Below are positions 18,202 to 27,186 of a stretch of DNA of 64,000 bases, in pieces (positions within the stretch are counted from its first letter, which is position 1; every line of letters begins with the position of its first letter). Both the position numbers and the translations under genes were made by a program. The stretch is from a virus. The notes beneath the pieces were generated by a model. It worked only from the letters and a program-made list of their open reading frames with translations. It searched no databases and was not told the DNA's origin. Location: positions 64,001 through 128,000 of IMG/VR virus record IMGVR_UViG_3300026493_000016. One strand, given 5' to 3'.

Positions 18202-18227
18202 TCTAACTCCTCCTTGTTTACGGCAAT

Positions 18228-18284
18228 AAAAAAGTAGATACCGTTTATAGTATCTACTTTATCACACTCTATTAATTTTGTCAA
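18228..18284 (-). promoter_or_regulatory. sigma-A promoter whose -10 box overlaps the 5' arm of a terminator
   Basis: TTGACA-17-TAAAGT; hairpin AAAGTAGATAC-N8-GTATCTACTTT plus U run. Confidence 0.75.
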
Positions 18285-18299
18285 CTACTAAATTTAATA

Positions 18300-18812
18300 T
18301 TAACCTTGTTCTCCTGTGCCACCTTCAGTTTCTCCGCCGCCTTCTGGTGGTGTAGCAGGTGTTGATTCGACTGTTGTTTCTTCGATACGGAAGTCATTAA
18401 CTCCAAGAGATAATGTGCTGTCAGCGAAGTCTAGGAATGCAAGAACCATCTCTTTATCTACGTTATCTGCTGCGACATCCACGTATACGTCAAAACCAGT
18501 ACCATTGTATCCTTGGCGACCATTTGTGTTCTGACCAAGAGCAAATACGATTTTTGTTCCATCAACGTAAACAACTGGTTCAGTTTCTTTAAACTTCAAT
18601 TCTTGTGCCTCATGGTCAATGTACGCAGGTAGGATAGATTTCTTTCCAGCTACTGTCGCTACTTTAAACACTAATTGACCTTGAGCTAGTGAGGTAGTAT
18701 CCCCAATAGATGGTAAGTACCCTTCGCTACGAATATGTGCGAATAAGATATCACCGTCTGATAGTTTTGCTGTTTCGCTTTTTAAGAACTCCGATACTTT
18801 AACAATTGCCAT
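18300..18812 (-). CDS. probable virion protein (Pro/Gly/Glu-rich tail), co-transcribed with holin
   Basis: position after sigma gene, late-type promoter upstream, C-term TPATPPEGGGETEGG. Confidence 0.6.
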   Translation of the reverse strand: MAIVKVSEFLKSETAKLSDGDILFAHIRSEGYLPSIGDTTSLAQGQLVFKVATVAGKKSILPAYIDHEAQELKFKETEPVVYVDGTKIVFALGQNTNGRQGYNGTGFDVYVDVAADNVDKEMVLAFLDFADSTLSLGVNDFRIEETTVESTPATPPEGGGETEGGTGEQG

Positions 18813-19105
18813 TATTTAGTCTCTCCTTTTTCTAGTTCAATTTGTTTTGCTGCGTGTTCTCGTAATCGTGCTTGTTTTGTTACTGCGTTATTTTTCCAAG
18901 CCATCTGACTAGCTGAACCGAACAACAGGACTGCGGATACAATATCGTACGTTACGTTTTGGTCAATTTCTAATCCTAACTCATGTCCGCATAAGCGAGC
19001 AATAGCGTTAATTAGTGCAACACCGAAAACGATGAAACGAACAATCGTGGCAGCACCAATCTTAGGCGCGGACTCAGGTACAAATACTTCGTGTTTATTT
19101 TCCAT
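18812..19105 (-). CDS. holin, SPP1 family
   Basis: ATIVRFIVFGVALIN...AWKNNAVTKQA signature, two TMs. Confidence 0.88.
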   Translation of the reverse strand: MENKHEVFVPESAPKIGAATIVRFIVFGVALINAIARLCGHELGLEIDQNVTYDIVSAVLLFGSASQMAWKNNAVTKQARLREHAAKQIELEKGETK

Positions 19106-19128
19106 TTATATCATCCTCACTTTCTACT

Positions 19129-19140
19129 ATCTAATATAGC
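19129..19140 (-). promoter_or_regulatory. putative late promoter (-10 only)
   Basis: GCTATATTAGAT, same as 6506-6517, no -35. Confidence 0.55.
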
Positions 19141-19142
19141 GC

Positions 19143-19463
19143 TTAGTGTATTTCGATGTCAGACACTAACCTACTAGACCAGTAAACACGTGCTACGGAA
19201 TCACTAGGGGTTACGATATCGAACCACCTACCAGCAACATCTCTACCTTCTGCAACAATACCACACGTCACATCGGCGTAGTCTAGATAACCGATTATGA
19301 AGTGAGTTGGTACTTCGTCATCCTCATCAGGAACTAGCTTAACCTCTTTCACATCAGCGGAACCGTTATACGAATCGATTGCATCTTCTACAACTTCTTT
19401 AACCTGCTCTTCTGTCCAGTTATCTACGTCAAACCATACATCTACAGTCACCCGTGCTTTCAT
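19143..19463 (-). CDS. hypothetical protein
   Basis: ATGA overlap with sigma gene. Confidence 0.65.
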   Translation of the reverse strand: MKARVTVDVWFDVDNWTEEQVKEVVEDAIDSYNGSADVKEVKLVPDEDDEVPTHFIIGYLDYADVTCGIVAEGRDVAGRWFDIVTPSDSVARVYWSSRLVSDIEIH

Positions 19464-20107
19464 CCGTTTCGCTCCTTTATCATATCGTGTAGTCTAGTTC
19501 GTAACAGCTCTTTCAAGTCTGCGAGCTTCTCTTCTATGAGCAATGCAGGTACTGCACCATCTCTAGCGTACTTAGCTACTAGAATCTTAATGATGTAGCT
19601 ATCTGTATTCTCACGAACTAGCAATGTTAAGATATCTCTATCAATCTCGTCTAGTTTAACTCCGTATAACGCAGCCTCTAGTACTTCCATTTCTTCTAGT
19701 AATGAATCCATAGATTCGTTCATCTCTATTAAATCCGTCACATCGAAATCATGTTTCGTAGTGAATACGCGGCTCTTGTCTCTATAGTTATTCTTGATGA
19801 AGCTGTTCTTGACACGGAGCTTTAACTTGTTATCTACGTAGAACGGGAAGTCTACCGGACCATTAATATCATACTCCTTAACCAGTCGTAGAAACTGCTC
19901 AGATATATATGACATCAACTCTGCTCTAGTAGCTTCATCTGGGATGTATCCTTTATACTTGTTGTACACTGACACTCTCAGATTCTTGTATTGGTGAAAT
20001 AGTTGCTCTGGGTCCCGCGAGAACACACCGTTAGTCTCCTCAACATTCTTAAGGAACCCAGCACCATTTAAAATCTTATTTGCTTCTTTTTCTAGGTCTC
20101 TACTCAT
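19460..20107 (-). CDS. phage RNA polymerase sigma factor
   Basis: LFHQYKNL...ELMSYISEQFLRLVKEYDINGPVDFPFYV region-2-like; syntenic two genes after recA as in Herelleviridae. Confidence 0.82.
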   Translation of the reverse strand: MSRDLEKEANKILNGAGFLKNVEETNGVFSRDPEQLFHQYKNLRVSVYNKYKGYIPDEATRAELMSYISEQFLRLVKEYDINGPVDFPFYVDNKLKLRVKNSFIKNNYRDKSRVFTTKHDFDVTDLIEMNESMDSLLEEMEVLEAALYGVKLDEIDRDILTLLVRENTDSYIIKILVAKYARDGAVPALLIEEKLADLKELLRTRLHDMIKERNG

Positions 20108-20118
20108 CTAAACCACGT

Positions 20119-20478
20119 TTAGAATCCATCCGGCAACATTCCTTTCGATATTGTTTTTACACCCGTCTTCTTACACAAGATATCTGAGTAATGGATTGTT
20201 TGAGGTATCTTGACTAACTCCCCTTCAATGTATCCTTCAGCGTACCCTGTAGCCCATCTATCGAATGCCTTTGTGAGATGCATAACAGACGTTTGAACAG
20301 CATAAGCTGTCTTTACTTCTACTATAACAGGTAGTTTCTTAGAAATCAAATGTTGCATTTCTGTTTTCACTACTGCATATGAAGTTGGGGCTTCATAAGG
20401 TGTGATTTCTAATCGCTCTCTGTACGTTTCTAGTAATTCTGTTACTAAGTCCATATTTGATGCTTTGGTTACTTTCAT
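20119..20478 (-). CDS. conserved hypothetical protein between recA and sigma
   Basis: ORF, synteny. Confidence 0.75.
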   Translation of the reverse strand: MKVTKASNMDLVTELLETYRERLEITPYEAPTSYAVVKTEMQHLISKKLPVIVEVKTAYAVQTSVMHLTKAFDRWATGYAEGYIEGELVKIPQTIHYSDILCKKTGVKTISKGMLPDGF

Positions 20479-20520
20479 CCAACCCCTCCTTAAAAAATCA
20501 AGAGAGAGGAACCCCTCTCT

Positions 20521-21768
20521 CTATAACTCTAGTACTGCATTTAATTTTTCTGAGTCAATCTCACTTAACTCATCATCGTCGTCTTCTGGAGCTTCCTCAT
20601 CCGGTGTGATATCACTGATATCGTAGATAGGGTCAATCCAGTTGTCTAACTTAAGGATTTCATTGTTAGATGCTGGGAATGGTTCCCCTCGACTACCAAA
20701 CTCTTCCCAGATTAGACGATTTAGAAGTTCGGCACGTACTTTGTTACCTTCCTCTTCATTTCGTAACCAATCTAAGAATCTAGCTGTCTGCATCTTGTGT
20801 TCGTTACCCTTAAGGTCAACGTAAATGTAACTTTGACCAGATTGTTTAGCGATACCACAATCGATAGCTTGATGAACCATGTTGTACTCATAATCGAAAC
20901 CAGTGTCAGCGATTAAGTAGATATCCTCTTCCTGCATTGGTCGAGCTACTTTGTTTTTACGGGTACGAATACCTGCGATATGTCCAATACGCTCTTCCTT
21001 ACCTTTGATTGTCTTCTTAATAGCTTTCTTCTGTTTAACTTCCCATCGTTGAGACATTGCGTGTTCCCAAGCTTTACCGCCAGGGGTTTTGTATTGTTTT
21101 ACAAAGCTCATACCACCGATATCATCACGAACTTGGTTAATCCCGATGAACATTGCCTTAGACTCTGCAATCAATGGAGATAACTTCGTACATAACTGTG
21201 CTAGTGCGTTGGCTCGTGAGCCGACATCTTTCTCACCGAAGTCTTTTTCGTACTGGACCATAGATGGTGTTTGTCCTAATGAGTCCCAGATGTAAACGAT
21301 TGGACGATTAGGTGCTTTCTCTTCGAAAGTTTTAAGTGTCTTGGCTACTGTTTTACCAACTTCCTCAATCGTTAATGGTCGACCAGCTTTAGCGTCTGGT
21401 TCTTTAATCATAATCTTCTTAGTGTTGATACCTAGAGTAGTTAGTCGGACCTTATCGCTCGTACCCTCTACATCAATTAGAACTACAATACAACCTAACG
21501 CGGATGCTACACGTGCGATGTGATGTGTCATAGTTGATTTACCACCTGATGGGATACCTGCAATCTCAATCATACGTCCGAACGGTAACCCTCCACCTAA
21601 CGCTCTATCTAAGCGTGGGAAGAATGTCGGTAACCAGTCTTTTACTTCCGCGAAACCAGAGTCTTGTAGTAATACCAGACCATCAGATTCACTTGTCAAC
21701 TCACTCATATCGAAGTCTGCGGATAAATCTAAAATAGGTCCTTTACCTTTAACTTTAACTTTTGCCAT
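20521..21768 (-). CDS. recA: RecA/UvsX recombinase
   Basis: LDRALGGGLPFGR, Walker A GIPSGGKS, IWDS, INQVR, TPGGKA. Confidence 0.95.
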   Translation of the reverse strand: MAKVKVKGKGPILDLSADFDMSELTSESDGLVLLQDSGFAEVKDWLPTFFPRLDRALGGGLPFGRMIEIAGIPSGGKSTMTHHIARVASALGCIVVLIDVEGTSDKVRLTTLGINTKKIMIKEPDAKAGRPLTIEEVGKTVAKTLKTFEEKAPNRPIVYIWDSLGQTPSMVQYEKDFGEKDVGSRANALAQLCTKLSPLIAESKAMFIGINQVRDDIGGMSFVKQYKTPGGKAWEHAMSQRWEVKQKKAIKKTIKGKEERIGHIAGIRTRKNKVARPMQEEDIYLIADTGFDYEYNMVHQAIDCGIAKQSGQSYIYVDLKGNEHKMQTARFLDWLRNEEEGNKVRAELLNRLIWEEFGSRGEPFPASNNEILKLDNWIDPIYDISDITPDEEAPEDDDDELSEIDSEKLNAVLEL

Positions 21769-21791
21769 TTAATTTCCTCCTAATGTTGTAT

Positions 21792-21828
21792 TTCCTCCGA
21801 AGAGGAGAGTAGGTATTACCCTACTCTT
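21792..21828 (-). other. paired RNA hairpins between ssb and recA, one with a cUUCGg tetraloop
   Basis: GAGTAGG-N6-CCTACTC then CCTC-TTCG-GAGG on minus strand. Confidence 0.6.
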
Positions 21829-22891
21829 ACAGTCCCGCCTCGTCAATCAATGCATCGATGTCGACAGCATCTAAATCGTTAAGGTCGATTTCTGTATCAT
21901 TAAGAGGTGTCTCTAAGTCAACGCCTTCTAGGTCATCTACTTTAACTTCTTCTGTTTTTACAGGAGCTGCTTTGACAGGTTGAGTTGCTGTAGTTGCCGC
22001 TTGAGTTTGATAAGGGTTTGTAGCTTGTGCTGTGTTTGCTGGTGTTACTGGTTGGTTAGTAGTAGCAGGTGCTGATTGACCACCTTCTTTGGGAACATTT
22101 GAATCAGGGTCGTTACTGTTTTTCCCTTCCAATACATCCGCAAATCGTTGCACCCAGTTTAGTCCATTCTCTAATAACTCAGTTGCACGACCATGGAACG
22201 ATAAATCTTCCAATTCATTCTGCCATCCTTCACCTAATGGAGGTAGCTGGTTTTGGTAAACTGTAACAGGTGCTTCCATTTGACCTTGTTTAGGCTTCTG
22301 GATTAAGACTGGTGAACCCGCATTAGGGTCTAAGAATGACAATTGACGACCGCCAGCTAAACGCTTATCAGTTAATGATGAATTGATAGTTTTCATAGCT
22401 GAGTGAGGTACATCGAATAATCGAACAACTAACTTACCCTTCTCGTCTCGCTCTTGTTTTTGAGTTCCATCTGGATTCTCAATGATTTTAACACAGTTAA
22501 CTGTGAAGAACTGCTTAGGTTTTTGTTGTCCGCCGAATGGAGTAGGAATCATCTCCTTAGCTGTCCATTCGTCAATCTTAGCATCCAAGAATAAGCTACC
22601 GTCTTTCTTACCTGTTAATGTAAAAGTATTAGATAGTTTCTTTTGGTTCTTAGTTGTTGCTTGTAAGAAGATTTTACGGCAGTGTTCTGCAAATTTACCA
22701 TATAAATCAGCCGATGGTAAGATTTGAATGAATACTTCCGGTTCGTCCTTGCTTAAGAATAGACGTTTATGTTTAGCTGTAGGATAAACAACCTTAGGGT
22801 TGTTACCACTGTTACCAGAACCTCCACGTCCACCTCCAGAACCTTCTAATTCCTTACGTTGTTGTTCAATAATATCTGCAAAGTTTACCAT
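21827..22891 (-). CDS. ssb: single-stranded DNA-binding protein (gp32-like)
   Basis: IQILPS core, low-complexity linker, acidic tail DIDALIDEAGL; upstream of recA. Confidence 0.82.
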   Translation of the reverse strand: MVNFADIIEQQRKELEGSGGGRGGSGNSGNNPKVVYPTAKHKRLFLSKDEPEVFIQILPSADLYGKFAEHCRKIFLQATTKNQKKLSNTFTLTGKKDGSLFLDAKIDEWTAKEMIPTPFGGQQKPKQFFTVNCVKIIENPDGTQKQERDEKGKLVVRLFDVPHSAMKTINSSLTDKRLAGGRQLSFLDPNAGSPVLIQKPKQGQMEAPVTVYQNQLPPLGEGWQNELEDLSFHGRATELLENGLNWVQRFADVLEGKNSNDPDSNVPKEGGQSAPATTNQPVTPANTAQATNPYQTQAATTATQPVKAAPVKTEEVKVDDLEGVDLETPLNDTEIDLNDLDAVDIDALIDEAGL

Positions 22892-23064
22892 TATTCATTT
22901 CTCCCTTGTTTTATAATTTTTGGTTTTTTACGTCCTCTTTGGGACAGCTGTTTAAAAGGGTTTAGCTACCTTTTTTCATCTCTCTGTACCTCTACCCTCC
23001 TTTAGTAGTTTGTAAGAATCCCTTCTTACTATTTCTATATACCATCAATCTATCAAAAAGGTAA
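22892..23064 (-). promoter_or_regulatory. ssb promoter and structured 5' leader
   Basis: TTACCT-17-TATATA (23036-23064, TG extension); leader hairpins and possible pseudoknot, then A-rich tract and GGGAG SD. Confidence 0.55.
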
Positions 23065-23144
23065 CTACATTGTGGTATTTTTTAATTTACTTTCTAAATA
23101 CTCTAATGCCCACTCGGAACCATCATCAGATAAAGCATAGTCTA

Positions 23145-23351
23145 CTACTTTATCGATAATACATTCGATAGCTTCATCTCGTGTATACTCATCTGCGTTG
23201 TACATATTAATCGTTCTTTGGACTTCGTATAACATGGTAATTCACCTGCCCCTCCGCAGTTGTCGCACACTGCATCATAACCTGTTCCATATCCAGAAAA
23301 GCCACTGCCACCACAGACAGTGCACTCCTCTGTAATTATTTTCTTATCCAT
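23145..23351 (-). CDS. DnaJ-type zinc-finger microprotein
   Basis: CTVCGGSG...CDNCGGAG. Confidence 0.7.
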   Translation of the reverse strand: MDKKIITEECTVCGGSGFSGYGTGYDAVCDNCGGAGELPCYTKSKERLICTTQMSIHEMKLSNVLSIK

Positions 23352-23752
23352 TATTTATCCCCACTAGTACGCAGCTTAATATCGGGGATAATCTCCTCTG
23401 GACGGAATACAACTTTGTAATGATATGCATCTTCGTATTTAGCATCTGTTTGTTCGATGAAGTAACTTACATTGTCGCTAAGACCTAAGTAATGCTTCTT
23501 ATACGTGTTGTCTTTTGTTTTACATGTTACAGTTACCTTCTTAGCGTCTGATGCATCCATAGCACATAACCCTTCAATAGATAACAGATACTTGTCTGTA
23601 ATACCGTTGAAGAATACTACTCGGCGTTGCACCTCAAAATTATCTGCTGATTCTGATAGGTTCTTAGAAACAGTGTCTGCCTCATTGGAACATGCTGCCA
23701 ATCCTGTTAACGCCATTAATGATATTAAACCTGCAATAATCTTCTTTTTCAT
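23351..23752 (-). CDS. lipoprotein
   Basis: signal peptide with LAAC lipobox; ADNFEVQRRVVFFNGITD motif common in phages. Confidence 0.85.
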   Translation of the reverse strand: MKKKIIAGLISLMALTGLAACSNEADTVSKNLSESADNFEVQRRVVFFNGITDKYLLSIEGLCAMDASDAKKVTVTCKTKDNTYKKHYLGLSDNVSYFIEQTDAKYEDAYHYKVVFRPEEIIPDIKLRTSGDK

Positions 23753-23767
23753 AATAAACCCCTCCTA

Positions 23768-23998
23768 TTAGTTATCTAGTAAAGATAGTTCCTTTTGTAT
23801 TCTAGTACTTTCTAAAATCTCTCTAGCTTTTCTAAGGTCATGTATAACGCTGTCGGGCTTCTTCGTACCGTCCATGTTGTGCGTACACTTCGTGCAGTTA
23901 GAAGATAATTCCCCATCTTCACATATACATACATCGTTCCACCCACCTTTATATATTGTCCCTCTATTGGTTGAATACGCTCCGTCGTAAGTGCTCAT
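23768..23998 (-). CDS. Cys-rich hypothetical protein
   Basis: CIC...CTKC. Confidence 0.55.
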   Translation of the reverse strand: MSTYDGAYSTNRGTIYKGGWNDVCICEDGELSSNCTKCTHNMDGTKKPDSVIHDLRKAREILESTRIQKELSLLDN

Positions 23999-24263
23999 AA
24001 TTCTGTTTCGCCTCCAATTTAGGAATTACTAATTCTTCTATAAACATCTCACATAGCTGCATGTCTGTCATATCTGGGAAGCATCCGTCCTGTTTTGCCT
24101 CCTGTGCAAGACGGTACGCGTACCCATAATAAAAGTACACCTTTTGCTCAGACGTCATCTGTTCTCTAATTGCCACTAAACACACTCCCCGCTTTATGTC
24201 CGTATTGTGAATCGTTAGCCAACTGCTTACCGATAGATTGAAGCATGTTGCTACGTTGTTCAA
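23964..24263 (-). CDS. hypothetical protein (true start probably MTSEQK, ~24158)
   Basis: ORF track; 5' part overlaps next gene. Confidence 0.5.
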   Translation of the reverse strand: MNNVATCFNLSVSSWLTIHNTDIKRGVCLVAIREQMTSEQKVYFYYGYAYRLAQEAKQDGCFPDMTDMQLCEMFIEELVIPKLEAKQNYEHLRRSVFNQ

Positions 24264-24654
24264 ATGCCTTTACAATACGAGATGTACGACCTAAAATCTG
24301 TTCAAATTCTATTACACGTTTACGCTGCTGGTCATATTCAGTTCGAGTCTTAATATAAGCATCGACGGCATCCTTTGTAGGTTTCTCGCTTTTGGCTTTG
24401 ATTTCCGCTCTCGCTGCGGCGTCCAGCGTGGCTACTATCTGCTCTAGTTTTAGTTCTTGGCGTTCTAGTAGGTAACGTACTTTCTCGTGCAGAGCGGACC
24501 AATAGACGTATTTAACAGGTTGCTCTAACATCTCCTCCTGTAAGTTTACAGGGTTAATTTTTAACTCTTCTCGCAAATCGAACGATTCTACTAACCCGTT
24601 TGTATCTTTAATAGTAATCTCATCGAAATCGAGGAAATCTACTGGAATGTTCAC
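24166..24654 (-). CDS. UvsY-like recombination mediator
   Basis: ELKINPVNLQEEMLEQPVKYVYW...KPTKDAVDAYI coiled coil; near ssb/recA. Confidence 0.7.
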   Translation of the reverse strand: MNIPVDFLDFDEITIKDTNGLVESFDLREELKINPVNLQEEMLEQPVKYVYWSALHEKVRYLLERQELKLEQIVATLDAAARAEIKAKSEKPTKDAVDAYIKTRTEYDQQRKRVIEFEQILGRTSRIVKAFEQRSNMLQSIGKQLANDSQYGHKAGSVFSGN

Positions 24655-25262
24655 TCGACATCCTCCTCTGGTTCTACGTAGTCTTGTAATAAACTGTAAT
24701 CTAAGCTGTCTTTTAGAGGACCGTTACCTTCCTTTAGTGGTACAAAGTCAAACTTATCTAAGAAGTCTTCGACATAAACCCAATACTTTACTAGCACTGA
24801 TTTCCTGTCATAAAACTCAATACGGAATGCTTCGTTATCTTCCTCTACGATAACAACAACTTTCGTGTCAAAACCACCGTCACGCTCGTCCTCGTAACCG
24901 TACCAGAATGTTAGATTTGTGTAAGCCACATGGTTCTCTAACAGGTCTTGCAAGATTCTTCGTTGTTCGCGATAAATCTCACCTGTTCGCTCTAAGTTAT
25001 CTCTTAATCTAGTTCTTAGTTTTAGAGTAGGTTTCTGTACAATGATAAACTTCTCTAATGCTTGTTCTACAGTCATTAACACATGTTCACCAGTTTCTGC
25101 TACTATTGTTCTAGCTCTATGTGCCTCTTTTATATCGGTGTCTAGTTTCTTTGCGATATCTTTTAGCAACACATTAGCCCAATGTGACTTAGCTAGTAGA
25201 ACCTCTTTGTATACCTCATTCTTGACGAAATGTTCGTTTGTTTCACCAGTATACCTTAGCAT
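24651..25262 (-). CDS. hypothetical protein, N-terminus paralogous to 25430-25705
   Basis: YTGET...F.KN..Y. Confidence 0.7.
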   Translation of the reverse strand: MLRYTGETNEHFVKNEVYKEVLLAKSHWANVLLKDIAKKLDTDIKEAHRARTIVAETGEHVLMTVEQALEKFIIVQKPTLKLRTRLRDNLERTGEIYREQRRILQDLLENHVAYTNLTFWYGYEDERDGGFDTKVVVIVEEDNEAFRIEFYDRKSVLVKYWVYVEDFLDKFDFVPLKEGNGPLKDSLDYSLLQDYVEPEEDVE

Positions 25263-25417
25263 TCTTCTTCCTCCGTTTCCTCATCGTCATGCATGTACCA
25301 AAGGTCACAATCCTCCGGTGTTACGGGTAACAGTAGAAGGAACACACCTTTACTAATCTTTTTATCTACAATATCTTTATGCTTGTACATACACTCGTCG
25401 CAAATATGTCCGTACAT
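25256..25417 (-). CDS. 53-aa Cys-containing microprotein
   Basis: MYGHICDEC...EDCDLW; AAGGGGGAG SD; not in track. Confidence 0.55.
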   Translation of the reverse strand: MYGHICDECMYKHKDIVDKKISKGVFLLLLPVTPEDCDLWYMHDDEETEEEEC

Positions 25418-25429
25418 GTTAACTCCCCC

Positions 25430-25705
25430 TTATAAAATATAGAATACTTTTTGCCAATAACCGTTATCTACTACTACTGGTCGTCCTTCTTCATCGATAA
25501 AGATAAGGTAGCCCTCTGTACTTTCTTCGTATTCATCATCCACGTCTGTCTCGTTCATTGTTTTTAAGAACTCTTCTTCGGTTAAGTTAGCCCACTCTGT
25601 GTGACATCGTTTAATAGATTGATAGATGTGATTCTTCTCAAACTGCACTACTTTCTTGCCATTTTCGACATACCATTCAGTTTCTCCAGTATAAATAGCT
25701 TTCAT
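25430..25705 (-). CDS. hypothetical protein
   Basis: MKAIYTGETE... Confidence 0.65.
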   Translation of the reverse strand: MKAIYTGETEWYVENGKKVVQFEKNHIYQSIKRCHTEWANLTEEEFLKTMNETDVDDEYEESTEGYLIFIDEEGRPVVVDNGYWQKVFYIL

Positions 25706-25706
25706 A

Positions 25707-26021
25707 TTAAATTTCCCCTTTCACTTTATCTTCGAATTTAATAACCCATTGGTCATCATCAACTTCTAAGAAGAATAACTCGGTCTTGATTATACTTGAA
25801 TCTAACACCTCAGCTGTAGCCCTAGTAACGATGTACATAACACCGTCAATGTTAACTAATTTACCCTTTCTAAGGTCTTCATGAGATTTATCTGTAGTAT
25901 GACCATACTTTATGATACCTTCATCCCCTCGTAAAACCCAAGAGTAGTTATACTCATCTCCTTTAAGTCTAACCTCCGTTATCGTTAACCGTCTTTCTCT
26001 AGCTATATACACGCTACACAC
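25707..26021 (-). CDS. hypothetical protein, paralog of 26014-26307
   Basis: SWVL...II..G...DG..YIV. Confidence 0.65.
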   Translation of the reverse strand: MCSVYIARERRLTITEVRLKGDEYNYSWVLRGDEGIIKYGHTTDKSHEDLRKGKLVNIDGVMYIVTRATAEVLDSSIIKTELFFLEVDDDQWVIKFEDKVKGEI

Positions 26022-26307
26022 TCCTATCCGATTTTAATAGTTCAGTAATTTCCCCACCGTGAATCGTGTTTAAGAATGTTGAAAACTTTGTTTCTCGTAC
26101 GTTCATTAAACCTTGTAATCCAAAGCTCGTCCCTGATACGATATACCTTGTCCCATCCATAGTGTACGAGCGTCCTTGATTAAAAAAGAACTCCCCTCTT
26201 CCTTGGTCAATTATATTTTCATTCGCTTGCATCAATACCCAAGATGATTCTTTTGTTTCTTGGTGCTTAAACTGTTTTAACGTTAGTTCTTGTCTGCAAG
26301 ATGGCAT
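26014..26307 (-). CDS. hypothetical protein
   Basis: SWVL...II..G...DG..YIV. Confidence 0.65.
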   Translation of the reverse strand: MPSCRQELTLKQFKHQETKESSWVLMQANENIIDQGRGEFFFNQGRSYTMDGTRYIVSGTSFGLQGLMNVRETKFSTFLNTIHGGEITELLKSDRSV

Positions 26308-26540
26308 TTAATAAACTCCTCCTCCGTCTTATTTGCTAACTCTACCAATTTCCTTCCCATCTCTCTAGCATTAGATGGATGTAGATATATGATACCGCTC
26401 TCGTAAATGTAATCGGTTATGTCTAGTTCTATACTAGCCTCAAGCGTTTTATCTTTTCGTTCCTCTACATAACCTGATACAGCTACGTAAGCCTTGTCCG
26501 TACCATCTATATCGAAACAATCAATCTGTTTCCTCCTCAT
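26283..26540 (-). CDS. hypothetical protein, paralog family B
   Basis: IYLHPSNAREMGRKL. Confidence 0.65.
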   Translation of the reverse strand: MRRKQIDCFDIDGTDKAYVAVSGYVEERKDKTLEASIELDITDYIYESGIIYLHPSNAREMGRKLVELANKTEEEFIKCHLADKN

Positions 26541-27186
26541 GTTCTACCTCCTTATCATAGCATGGTTTTTGAATGATGTCAACACTTTCTTGAAATTCTT
26601 GTGACACTTCAAAACAAGCTGCCATTTTAGCTAAATCCCTAGTTTCATAGAAAACATCCCATCCCATAACACGTCTACCTTCTCGATATCCGTTAGATAA
26701 CGCTTGTTTTGATACATCAATCTTGACTGCTAGCTCTGCCCATGTATCCGCTTTGTGTAGTTCCCCTCCTTTTTCTACACCTTTTATCATGTATGCTGGA
26801 GGTGTGTCACCTACATACCACATTCGCCAACCCATTATCTGTTCCCATTCCTTGTTTAACACCTTACTTACTGAGTTGCGAGATAATCTGTTGTCATCTG
26901 CGAACACTGATGCGTTATCATGTATCGTAATCTCATTTTCATAAGGGTCATAAACATAGAATGGTAGTTTAGTTTGGTTAGGTAGTACACGTAGTACAAA
27001 CATGTCCCTATTCGCACTACCTGTCATGTCACCTATAATATGATAGTAACCTTCCATCATAATTATTTCTGTTAGTGGATACGTCTTTATATATTGTTTA
27101 CCTGTAAATGTATCTGTAGCTAAGAACGTTACTGTTGATGTTAGCGGTCTTCGGATTTTAGATACGTACGCTATTTTCTTGTTCAT
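26521..27186 (-). CDS. protein with two NUMOD1-like DNA-binding repeats, no nuclease domain seen
   Basis: HDNASVFADDNRLSRNSVSKVL...IMGWRMWY / ADTWAELAVKIDVSKQALS...VMGWDVFY. Confidence 0.6.
   Translation of the reverse strand: MNKKIAYVSKIRRPLTSTVTFLATDTFTGKQYIKTYPLTEIIMMEGYYHIIGDMTGSANRDMFVLRVLPNQTKLPFYVYDPYENEITIHDNASVFADDNRLSRNSVSKVLNKEWEQIMGWRMWYVGDTPPAYMIKGVEKGGELHKADTWAELAVKIDVSKQALSNGYREGRRVMGWDVFYETRDLAKMAACFEVSQEFQESVDIIQKPCYDKEVEHEEETD
26554..26582 (-). promoter_or_regulatory. sigma-A-type promoter inside 3' end of upstream gene
   Basis: TTGACA-17-TATGAT with TG, immediately followed by AAGGAGG. Confidence 0.7.

Noticed and set aside
21950-22090. Ala/Thr/Pro/Gln low-complexity DNA in ssb
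   Set aside because: Ordinary disordered SSB linker, not a repeat array
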